This document shows positions 22,545 through 34,800 of a stretch of DNA of 64,000 nucleotides, one piece after another. The translations under genes and the position numbers were made by a program. The notes beneath the pieces were generated by a model. The model made no database searches and had not been told where the DNA came from. It saw only the letters and a list, made by a program, of their open reading frames with translations. Source of the stretch: Alloascoidea hylecoeti (taxonomy: Eukaryota); contig BCKZ01000001.1 of NCBI GenBank assembly GCA_001600815.1, forward strand, positions 1,832,804 to 1,896,803, read 5' to 3'. Each line of letters starts with the position of its first letter. The stretch's first letter is position 1.

Positions 22545-23750
22545 ATGAATTCTCAGCAGCATCATCACCAATCTTTGGAGGTTTCTGTCGCAAATGTTGT
22601 ATCTGCCGCTTTGGCTGCGGATTTCTACAACTCTGGACCTTACAATGTTGGGCCTGTAACCATCCAAGGAGCAATTGACCCCTCAATAGGTGGTGTCGAC
22701 CATAGCAATACCAATTCAAACTCAACTGAATTAAATATCCAGAATTTAAACGAGCATGATGCAAATGGACCTAATCAAGGAATAAGTCATGACGGTAATA
22801 ACCACCTTCATGATAACGATGGTAGTGGGATGAATCAGCAGCACGATTCTGGACATGATCAGATCATGGCCGAAATTCCAGTACTTCCTCCTGGTTGTGA
22901 TCCCAAGAAAGTTTGTCCTTTCTGCGGAAAAACTTTCTCACACCCTGGTTCACTAGGTAGGCATTTGGATTTAAAGAAAGGAACACGTCTACATCCTGTT
23001 GATGCTGTTGATCAGATTAGAGGCAACGTCAAGCGTCGTGGTGACATCTTTGAAATTAGGGCCCGAAGAGCCCGTAGATCAAAGGAATATAATGCACGAG
23101 ATGATGTCAAGGAAAGAAACAGGGCGCGACGTAGATTAAAGGACAGAAGAAATAAAGCAAGAGAAGCTTCAAAAACAAAATTTCTTGAACGGTTGGGGAC
23201 CCCTCAATTACCTCCTCATCCTTCGTTTGCGTACTTGGTACTCTATTACTTAACTCCACAACAATGGCCACATGATCCACCAACTTTACAGACATACACA
23301 CAGTTAGAGTCACTCCTTGATGCTTCAAGACATCAAGATCCCAGCTTTCATGATGATTATATGTCGAAATTAAATGTTGCGTATGATAACTGGTCTAGGT
23401 TATCACAGAGTAAGAAAGTTGATGTGTGGGCTAGAGAACAACGCCGTGCAGCTGAAGAAGCATTAGGTCAGATGTCATTGTTTGATTTAGGCCAAAGAAA
23501 TACTTGGCTCGCAGAAGAGGAAAAAAGAATCACAGCTCTTATTATATCTGAAGGTAATGAAGATAGTTTTAGTAATTATGGTCATGATGGAGATGATGTT
23601 AATATGAGCGAATCAAGTGCTGATAAGTCTCACAAATATGATCAACATGATGTTGAAGATTCTGCTTCTGCCGCCTTAGCTGCTGTGGTGGCAGCTGTAG
23701 GTCAAACAAATGGGATGGGTGTTGAAGATGGAAATATGAAATATGAGTGA
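22545..23750 (+). CDS. Uncharacterised protein with a C2H2-like zinc finger followed by a basic helix
   Basis: CPFCGKTFSHPGSLGRHLDLKKGTRLH then an Arg-rich segment. Start could be 22476 or 22545. Confidence 0.75.
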   Translation: MNSQQHHHQSLEVSVANVVSAALAADFYNSGPYNVGPVTIQGAIDPSIGGVDHSNTNSNSTELNIQNLNEHDANGPNQGISHDGNNHLHDNDGSGMNQQHDSGHDQIMAEIPVLPPGCDPKKVCPFCGKTFSHPGSLGRHLDLKKGTRLHPVDAVDQIRGNVKRRGDIFEIRARRARRSKEYNARDDVKERNRARRRLKDRRNKAREASKTKFLERLGTPQLPPHPSFAYLVLYYLTPQQWPHDPPTLQTYTQLESLLDASRHQDPSFHDDYMSKLNVAYDNWSRLSQSKKVDVWAREQRRAAEEALGQMSLFDLGQRNTWLAEEEKRITALIISEGNEDSFSNYGHDGDDVNMSESSADKSHKYDQHDVEDSASAALAAVVAAVGQTNGMGVEDGNMKYE

Positions 23751-24269
23751 TAGCTTTTTCTTTGTTTCTGTGATGATGATTTATCTTATAAATTATATAC
23801 GGATGAATGAAGAAGTGTCGTTGAAACATAAATTAAATGAAAATATGGTTTTACTTCAAGTCAGTAGAGGAATTCTGTATAATCTGCATTATGAAATAGA
23901 CATAAGTTTTTGATAAAACTGCGATTTTTGCGACAATTGCTTGAACTTTTGGTATATTAATTAAGAAGATGCATTATTATCATTCGTATATTATTAATGA
24001 CTAGAGTTTAGTATAAGATCTAGAAAATATAGCTTTGATCTCAACATTATGTTTAAATTTCACATCATAAAATATTTAAATCATCACAAAATCAGTGAAG
24101 TCAGTATACGTAACAAAAAATTAAGATACAACAATTAAACAAGTGTAATAAGACGTCGTCCACCCCATCATAAGCTAGATGTATATGAGATAAATACTTT
24201 CCGGGGTTCGGTATCTGTATCAAAATCTATCTTTAGTACATACGTAGTGACAACTTATTGATCAAATAG

Positions 24270-24458
24270 AATTGTTCAGCAGATTTTCGTTATCAGAAGG
24301 AGTTATCCTTGAAGTGAAAGAGAATGGGGACAGAATAGCCGGAGAAGAACTAACTGATGCAAAGTCTAGAAATTGTAAGATCATACTACGGGGTTGCTGG
24401 GAGCACTTGTTCCTACCGATGACAAGTCTCTCTGATAACGAAAATCTTCCGAACAATT
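24270..24458. mobile_element. MITE-like element with 28-bp terminal inverted repeats
   Basis: Left AATTGTTCAGCAGATTTTCGTTATCAGA (24270-24297) versus reverse complement of right AATTGTTCGGAAGATTTTCGTTATCAGA (24431-24458), 26/28 identical. Non-coding interior. Confidence 0.65.
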
Positions 24459-27400
24459 ATATATCGAATATTGCTCAATGTTTTAATGAAAGTTTTATGT
24501 AACATGTGACGATATATATTTCGATTCTAATGCGAATTCGAATGCGACTCTGAATTCATTTAATTTCAGCCACTTTGAAAACTAAATATTCGCCCATATT
24601 TTAAACTATACATACATGTATAATCGGCCACTTGATACACTATTGTTCGGCCTTAAGCATATCATATCGACAAGTTTCTACCTTCACATTAATAATATAT
24701 GATTGAAAATCTAAAACACAAACTACCGGTAATCAATTATAATTTATATGGCCTATGTATACTTTTCTGAGAGGATTCTGGAGTACCCATAGTTGAAACA
24801 CTGGAATAGAGGAATAGGCGGTATGCAAAATTTAAATCTTGATAAGGCTATCAATGTTGGTTCTCACGAAATAATCCCAGCTAGGAATTTCGTAAAACAT
24901 AGTTAACGCGTACGCGCCATTATATTATTTCTATTTAAATCTTCTTCTTCTCTCCTGTTTATAATATATTAGCAAAAAATAGAAAAGCTTAACTTTATTA
25001 GGACCCAAATACCGGAAATACAATCTCAATACAAAATAGTACAAACATTTTTTACGGAGGAAAAAATGGAGATGCTGGCAACATTAAAATCCGAAATTTA
25101 ACCAAAAACTAAAAGGGCCGCTAGAAATTTGTATTCAGCATGACCGACAAATGTGTATTAACGAGGAGATAATTTGTAGTCAGTATGGCCTAATATTAGT
25201 GCATATAGCGGACCAATATTTTGGTGAGGACGAGTATTTATTTAATCAGGCAGCCGATATGTGTTCATCAGAATGGCAGAAAATTAGTGTCGTATGGCTA
25301 TAGGCATTTAGTACCTCGAGTGGCCTATATTATTAATGCTTTACTTGGCCAGTTATTTAGTTAAAAAATATGGCGAATATTATGCTCATCACATACCTGA
25401 ATACTTCGTAAATAACATGGCTTATAATTAATCAACATAATGATCAAATTCAAGCGCCATACATGGCCGATATTAAGTGAAATGGCTGTATTTTTTACAG
25501 ATATGCATAGGTTGTCTCGAGGTAGATATACTTAACGCAACTGTTACAGATGGAGAAAACAACTGGAAACGGTGACAATATATTTATCAGTTTCTCTGTA
25601 CAACCATAAACTTTTAATTTATATAGCTCGTCAACTGCAATATTGTTATGAATTAATATGAATTTCCATCCTCTTCAGTGAACTTTTCAATTGCAATATT
25701 AATGTTGTGGACTGTATGTAGACGCAAAGGCGTAGCGTATTCTAATTATAATCAACTTATTTTTAAATGATCAATATAATATGCATATGAATATCGGTTT
25801 ATAATTTATATAATGTTTACTCTGCAATTGGGACTCTCTTTTTTGAGAGTTCGAGGTATTCTGATATCGATTGAGTAACATAGAGACGTACAGTTACTGA
25901 ATCTTTTACTATATAATTTATAATTAAAAAGGATGCAATACATATGACTTTTGCAAGCAATATATGTTTGTTCATCGGCAGTTATAATAATTAATTAATA
26001 TAATGCTAGAATAAATTTATATATTTTTCACTGCTATTAATAGCAGATATGTAATATGAATCATAATTATATCTTACTATATATATGTTTTATATAGCTA
26101 TAGCTAGCGCTATAACTTATTCAGCATTAAAAGATCATGATTTTATAAATAGTTGATACAAGAATTATAATTAAAAACATAAGCTTATCTTTAAATTAAG
26201 CTTAATTAAAAGCTTAAAGCTATACTGCAGCATCATCTCAACATTCATGTTTAGAGTTTGAGATGGGTCACAATTACAGTATAATTATTATAATTATATA
26301 GATGTTAACATAATCTTGATATTTGTTTTGAACTAATTTCATAGAATTATTACATATATAATATATATAGAGCATAATGAACTTAAATACAACTCATACT
26401 GACAGTATATACTATATAATATATAAAAATTCAATTAGAAGATGAAATGACAAAATAAAATATAAGCCAAAAAAGATGACTTCCTTCGATATGTAAATAA
26501 TTATTGTGAAATGCATTACGAAATTTCTCATCTACATATAGATTCCCCCAATATTATAATTAAATAATAATAAAGTTTCATTAATATTAAACCCAGAAAT
26601 AATGGTCTTAAGATCAAATTTTAAATATTAATATATTTTATATTTATTAATCATGATTCATGATCAAGTGTGTTCCGCCCTATATAACACGGAACTGCTG
26701 CCGATTAAGAAAATGACAGTTAAAACGAGCAGATCTAGAAGTATAATTATAAATTGTTGAGATTTTATCTTCTAAGAACTTAATGTTTATTAGGACATAA
26801 TATTTATGAAAAGCGTATATATTATGTTAAAGATTACTTAAGCGCTTTCGATTTATAAGTTATAGGGCATATATCGCGCTACCAATAGAATCAATCGATA
26901 TCAAACGTTTAACGCCAACTCAAAACAGATCGATAGCTTAATTTGAAACAACGATTAATATAATCATGATTCATGACCATTAAAATATTACAGGCATTTT
27001 GTGAACTATACATTATCTAGAAATTAAACACCATGGCCATAGAACTCGAATGGCATAGATTATATTTGTCATTTGCCTACCAACGACCAAATCATCGACA
27101 CAGGTAACCATTTAGTGTGGTCTATAATCACACGTAGGAACGTCACTGACTCACCGTTAATAAACATTTTTTATATGGTTTAATTGGTACCGGTGTTAGT
27201 GGGAAACCAACCTTCTTACCTACTGTTGTCGCAAAATTTTCATTAATATAACTTATAATGCAATTATTTTTGTTATTTGCATACTATCACTTTTATACAT
27301 TATATATTTCAGTTACCAACTTGCCAATTATATATTATAACTATAGATGAATTTATATCTTAAGACTTTCAATATAGATGTTTAAGCTGATCATGATCAA

Positions 27401-27966
27401 GAATCAAGATTATACATGTATTAAATATGTTTTCATAGCTATAGCTGTATACTGAGTGTATAGCCATAAAATATATGCAGATATGGATGTATAAATGCTA
27501 GCATATATTTATACTGAACCCTTCATGATCATAATGTGTTGGTACACCTTAATTAGTTTGTAACATTAACTGTTAATAGTCTGTTATGCACATCAATACA
27601 ATTTTATAGTGCAATTAGAACTTGGCAATATAGTTGTAGGTTGTAGGTTTTTTTTGCCTTGTAATATATTATATTGTAACTGATCAGTATACATTTTGAA
27701 CTGATTGACATATGAATATTAATGTTAATTTAGCGCCATAGTGTTTATAATTATCAAATAATCTTCACTCATAAATGCTTATGATTCTGATATGTCTAGT
27801 CAATACAAGAGAAAAGAAGGCGTTGGTTATATTTTATATATAGAGAAATAGGTATAATTAGTTAAGTAATAGGTATAGATAGAAGAATACTCCGAATCCA
27901 CATTAGAAAAACGCCACTAAAGATTCTATGTTTTCCGAAAAATTTAAAATATATCTTTTAAAGCCT

Positions 27967-28002
27967 TATAATCGATAGATAATCGATTATCTATCGATTA
28001 TA
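27967..28002. repeat. 36-bp perfect palindrome
   Basis: TATAATCGATAGATAATCGATTATCTATCGATTATA equals its own reverse complement. Confidence 0.95.
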
Positions 28003-28879
28003 CAAGTAAATATTAACACTCAGCTGGGAGTATATAAGGAATATCTAAACTAGATTTACGATGGGCTTAGAAAGGAAAAAGAGCCATCACTGCTGAATAT
28101 ATGTTAAAGGTAAACGTTAACCTTGCTACATATCAGCATTTTGAAATCTCATTTATAGCGTTTCATATAATTAGCTAACTATAAATTCTATAATGGTGTA
28201 CGTAATTAAAGTTTTAGATTGACAATTGTAATGGGAATTTTATAACTATAGATCTATGTATACGAATTGACTATGTACTTGGTTGGCTGTAGATTTCCTA
28301 CTCATAAGTTCATAACTATTAAACGTTCCGTATAATACATATATCTGTAACTATTTAATAGCTAGTTCCTAGTTGTACGTTGTAAGTTGTAAGTTGTAAC
28401 CGATCAATCTGAGATAAATCTTCCTCAAAGCAGTCAATTGTTCAGTTTTTGTCTTTTACCCACTAGCCTCGGCATTTTCTTTTTCTCTCAATAAACATTG
28501 TTTGCAGAAATGAATATTACAGAATAAACGACAATCCTAGAGGTATACGTTGTGCATCTTTTATTTACATGATAATATTGGAATTTAGAACCAATGGTGG
28601 TGTGTCAACGTTGACGTTCATTCCAAAGCAATCTGGAAACTGACTCAAATAGACTTTCCGTTTATAATATCATGATATTATCATTATAATACATATTGAT
28701 ATAATAAAGAGTGATAGTTAGAGAAATAATTGTTTTAATGCAACCTTGATAATTTTCCCATTAATTTTAACCTAGACAATAAAAGTATATTCACAACCAA
28801 AACTTCTCTATATTAATATTAGAATCCTCATCAGTTTCTTTTTTTTATACAAGTTTGTCTAACTAAGTGTAATTTAAAA

Positions 28880-31800
28880 ATGGACTTTCAAAACCCAGGT
28901 TCAAAAAGTTTGATCACAACTATTGTCTCAAGACTTTTTAAAGTTGTAAGTATCTTTCTTAAAGCTCTTTTCTGATAACGCATAACATTAATTGTTTTGA
29001 AATTTATAGCTACCATTAGAAACAGGAAACACAGTTGAAAATGTGGAGCATGATAAGCTTTATGTGTCTACTAAAACAGCGTTGCTAAAGTTGGCCCAAA
29101 CCCCATTAATATCTGAGATATTCTTCAGCTGCAGTAATTTGATAACTAAAATCTCATTGGTAAGTTTTACAAACAAAATGAATGATTGTTAGAAATATCT
29201 TAAACCTAATTCCTCTTTTTTTGTCTTCAATTAGAGAGACCGAAACGAACCTTTAGCGAACAGAAATATTTATTCCTTACGTTCTTTAATTGTTGTCACA
29301 AAGCTCCTGGCAGAATGTGCTGAAGCTCATTGGGATTTTTGCGAGCCAGGGCCAATTCGAAAGGGTAGAGTCCCTATTACCTTTGGTGAATCTGGATTCA
29401 TCAAGCCACATTTAAAGTATCATACTGTACTTCCACCAAAAGCGCCTGCTAGCATTGCGAATAGCTTAATGGATCAGCTGCTTAATCTTCGCTCCGAAAC
29501 ATCGATTTTTGAAGCAATGTCTCTCTTATCCAATGGAGGAGTACAAGTCAAGAATAACCTTAGTCTTCACCCATATAAGAATGAGATGGATGAAATAGAT
29601 GAATACTGTACTATGATTTGTCGTTATTTATCAGCCTCCAACTGGTCTGCTATTTATCCACTTGTTCAGTCAAAACTTGATTATATGAAAACATGTTCTT
29701 TCGAAGAAAATGAAATAGTTCCTAATATTGACATTTTGGGACTTTTGTACCTCGACCAAGGCGCTATATCAGTAATATTTCAAGACTTGTGGCAATGTTT
29801 TTCTGGGTTAAGAAAACCTTTGCATCAATCCCTGTTAACATATTTTTTCTCCTTGAGCTTAAGTTACTGGATCTATGCTCGACCGGAGGAGCTTCACAAC
29901 ACCACTGTAGAGGGTTCACCTCTTCAATTAGAAGCATCTGGCTTATTTGATTATGTATACGCTGCTGCCGAATCCTCAAGGTATAGCGATGGTATTTTCA
30001 GGTTTCTGACGGTTTTGCTCTGTTTTTTTCCAAGCACCTTCAACTCAAACACTGGGGTGAAAAGGTTTACTGCAAACTCTAAAAGATTCAAATTTCTTTC
30101 TTATCTTAATTCAAACATTCACACCAAACACATTGGCGATGGACCATTAGAATGGCTTGGAATAGTAGCTTCTGTTGGATCAGTTCTTATGGAATTTGAT
30201 CCAAAAAGTCCAATCACTCAATATGTAATACACTTTCATGATGAATTATATGAAAATTTTGCATCTACTTTTATTAAAGAAATAACTGTTTCGCTTATTC
30301 ACACATACTGTGAGTTTTTTATCGCATACTCTATTATAGATATTCAGAATCCTATCAGAGATTTAAAAATTCAATTTAATAGACATAACTTAGAACCTAC
30401 AATGATTTGTTATATAACGACAGCTTTGAGGGCTCTGGGTGCCGTAAAAACAAAATTTCACATTTATACCTCATTAATTAATTCATTCAGTGAGTCTATG
30501 AGAGGTGTTATGAGCAGGCAAGCTAGGTTATTATTAAAATCTAGAGCAACAGGGAATTCTTCTAAAAAGTCATTATCTACTACTAATTCGGAAGTTGTTA
30601 GTGTTCCTATTCTATCGAATATATTTCAATGTTTTATCCCCAGTCCTTTCGCATATTTTGTTGGTTTCGTAGAAGGTGATTATGCTAATTTGGCTGCTGT
30701 AGCAATGGAACCAATTATCCCTTGTTTACTTGATTATGATACAGATTTATCTGATTCTGCGACAAATTTTCTACTGTCATATCTTGACAATGCAAATTTA
30801 GCCACATTGGATAAAAAAGTTGATCCAAGCGGAAATCATCCAGTAGTTGCAATTTACTTATCAGCATGCCATGCATTGAATGCTCTTGCAGAGAAAATTA
30901 TTGAAATTGACATGTCTGATTCTCGTCTAGAAAGGTTATTAAGACTGATAAAGGATCTGCTCGAAGGTAGAGCAAAACTTGCGAAAGCATTTCATCTTAA
31001 AGAAGCGTGTGGAGGTGTGATTAATAGGTTTGAGTCCAAAGAATTACGAAATGAAATGTATACAAATGTTGAAACTGCGCTGCTTATTTCGCTTTGTTCC
31101 CCAGATGTTGAAATATACAAACTATCTGCAGCCTCCATAACTGCAGCATTGAATGATAGTATGGAACTGGAAAATTTAACTGACAACATTCTTTCCAGTC
31201 CATTTTTGTATAACCGGGATCAGTATAAAAATTTTGATTTGAATAGATATGTCATTACGGGTCAGGTTGCTCTGCAAAAAAGAGTTCGAAAGATAGTCCG
31301 GCAATTTACTGTTGCTACTGATGGTATAATAAATGCTTGGGAAATCATTTATAGGAGAGCAACTTCAGGATTTAATGAACAACAATTTAAATCAACTTTT
31401 GTTGTCGAAAGAAGAAATTATACAGGAATGGTCGCTAGTTTATGTGAATCTATTTTAGCAACAGATTCAGAGACGAATTTTAGAATTTCAGATCTTACTT
31501 TAACCATCCACGAATTTGTTGATGAACTTGTCAGTATGTTAGAATCACCAAATTTATTAGTCTGTGACGCTGCTAGAGAGATTTTATCAAGAGAATTGAG
31601 TAAATTTGCTATTAAACAACTCTTTACCTCTTTAAGCTCGCTTATCTCAAGAGTAATTTCAACGGGTAAAAAGGAGCAAATCTTTAAAATCTCCGATCTT
31701 TTTATATCTCTTATCAGAGGCGTTATCACAAGATGTATTGAAGAAAAGATGACCTTGGACTTAATCATACCGGACTCTCTTTTGAATATAATGGGATATC

Positions 31801-34800
31801 TTGATGAGATGGGGGATGATATCGAAGTCTTAAAAATGAAGATAAGATGTGCAAGTCTTACTGCTAGTTTAAGAACCAATGAACATTTGTTTGATGTCAA
31901 GCTTCCAAGTAAGGTTTATTATAGTAGTGCTGTTAAAATGTTAAAGTGGTTTGAACAGGGTGCTTTTAAAGGGGAACCCGAAAATTTTACTGGTAGTTTG
32001 TCAACATCTGATAGAAAACAATCAGAATTAGATCACGTATATGCTGATTTGGCTTTGGAATCTGCTAAGGCCGCTTCATATATGACTAAAGGTATTACTA
32101 TATCTGTTCCTCAAACCTCTTCTGAAGAAGACTATCTGCAAGCCAAATCTACATCCTGTGCCAGCTTCTTCTCTACTGGTATTAGGGCTCTTGATAAGTA
32201 CACTGGTTCAGGGGCATTTAATATGAATAGTTCAAGCAGTGTAATTGCTAAAACAATTGGTTCTCTTGATAGTTCTCAAAGTGGTGGTAAACAGATATCC
32301 AAGAGATATGATACCATCTGTTTGTATGTAATTAGTATGCTATCAAACCTTTTAAAAATGAACTCGGATGTTGGTTTAAAATTTGCAATTCCAATTGGTT
32401 ATCATTCTTCGCCGAAGGTGAGGGGTGCTTTTATTCAACTTTTATCCAATATTCTTCAACAAGGTGTTAATAGTGGGATTGGCGAAAATGAAGATGAAAA
32501 GTTTCACACACTTTTGTGCTATATAAGGTCTAATTTGTCAGTCGCTGTCTTATTATGTGATATTTGTCCTGCAGGCGAAGCAGATGAACTTGCCTCTGCT
32601 TTACTGAATTTATATGCAACTAATGGATCCTCTCTCACACTTATAAAGGCAGCTCTTACTAAAGAGATTCAGATAACTACTAAAGTAGTAGAACTTCTAA
32701 GAAGAAATAGCGTTGCGACGAGAATGTTGGTAATTTATGCTAAGAAATATGGTGCAAGCTATCTATCTTCAACATTATCTCCAATTCTTCAATCTTTTTC
32801 GGATGACCCTTCAGGGCATATTTTTGAACTGAGTGCAGACAAACTTAGCGAAAGTAAGAAAAATGATAATATTGAAAAATTTATGAAATGCATATCAACC
32901 TTTTCAAAGGCTTTTACTCGATCTCTACATAACATGCCCGAAGCTTTCAAAGAAATTTGCTACACAATTCGTACAGTTGCAATCCAAAGCTTTCCTGAAG
33001 CTGGAGCAACATCAGTTGGAGCATTTATATTCTTAAGATTTTTTTGTCCTGCTATTGTTGCACCAGAAGCAAACAACCTGGTAAAATCCCCTTTAAGAAG
33101 GGAAATCCGTCGTTCTTTATTATTAGTCGCCAAAGTTATTCAAAACATGGCAAATGGTTCTCTCTATTCTCTAAAAATGCCCCTCTTATATGAAAGGATG
33201 GGCGAATTGAATCAAATTAACGATCAAATTACCAAATTCCTGGTTGAATCGACAATATTATCTGGTAAGCCCCACGATAAGGATGATTCTTTGTTCGATT
33301 TTACTTCTTTAATAGAGATGGAAGCAAAAGATGATTCAGCTATTGACATGAATAAGAAAGAAGTAATGTTTATTCATGAATTTTTATATTCCCACCTAGA
33401 TACAATCAATTCAAAGGCGGCGTCGAGCCTTTTAGATACAGGGACAATTAATAGCAGGTCTGGTTCTTATAGAAATAGTGATGTGGAGTCATTGCCTTCG
33501 GTGTCCGGATCTATGATCAGCAATCCAGATTCTCTCGTTGTTGCAAGATTAGATGAGCTGGTTGAAGCTATTGGTCAACCACGCCAAAGCAAAGGGTATC
33601 AAGTTCCCGAGCAAATCTTGGTAAATACTAAGGAGAATGGTACTTTACTGTATGAGTTTATGTCTAGAAATGCAGCCAAAGATTTTGGTCCCATTCTTGA
33701 GAAACAAATGGTGAAAGAAGGTGTATCTGATGATGGATTACCTTTTATTGTTATGTCATTAGGAATGTTTGACAATAACACGGTTACAGATCCTGATATG
33801 GTAACATACAGAATATTTCAAATATTGAGTAAAGTTTGGAATGATAAATATTCATTTTTTATTGATGCGACAGGTTTTGATGAAAGAAATGTTGTCGATA
33901 ATAGCATTTTTACTAGCTTGTTAGCAATGACACCTATCTTTGCTTCTGAAAATTGTTGTGCTCTTTATTATGTTAATTGCTCAACACACTTTTTGCCTCA
34001 CATGAACCAAATTTCCAAAGTTTTTGGCGATGCAAGAGTTTTTAATCCTTCTTTTGTACCTTATCGCTTTGTTTGTACATTTTACGAGGATCTGCCTATT
34101 CAGCCATATGGTATGTCGAAGAAAACAAGGACTATCATTCATGATTCTAAGACTGAATATACCGAGGTTTTTCAGTATGATGATCTTAAAAAGGATTTTG
34201 TTGGTGTTGAAATGAAAGTCGGAGAGGAATATGTCCAGATTTGCAGGAACGATCCCGTTGCAGTAGAATGTGGAGGTAGAACTGTGTACATTAGACTTTA
34301 CGATACTTATCATGCCACTGATCTCAAAGATGTGAAAAGCTCAAATAGAAATGGAGAGGCATCCTTTATTTTCAACTTTGAAGATAGAGCTTCTAAAGTA
34401 TTTTCTAGTCCCAAAAGAAATGAAATAGTCAGAGATGTCAATGCTATGATAACCAGATATAGTGAACATTCATCTTCTGCTTCTTTGACAGATAATGCAA
34501 TCAACTCACTTCGTGATGTTACTAGTATGCTCACTAATGTTGGATTATTTGGATTGAATAGTGAGGATAATGAAACGAGAAATGCATCGTTTAATTTAAT
34601 GTCAACCTTATATTCAATGTATGAGTTAGAAGGAGAGATTGGTCATTCTAGAACTGGATTATATTTTCCTAAGCATGATACTCAGTACTTTGTTTCATTA
34701 TCAGAAACATTGAGCCAACGATTCCCAATTTGGACATATGACTTCTGTAAAAGTTTTATTTCCGCATTTAAACAAGTTGATCGAAAAGATCGAAATATGG

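Noticed and set aside
24262..24502. Two opposing short ORFs starting MFGRFSLSE and MFSRFSLSE
   Set aside because: Artefact of the terminal inverted repeat; both use non-ATG starts.
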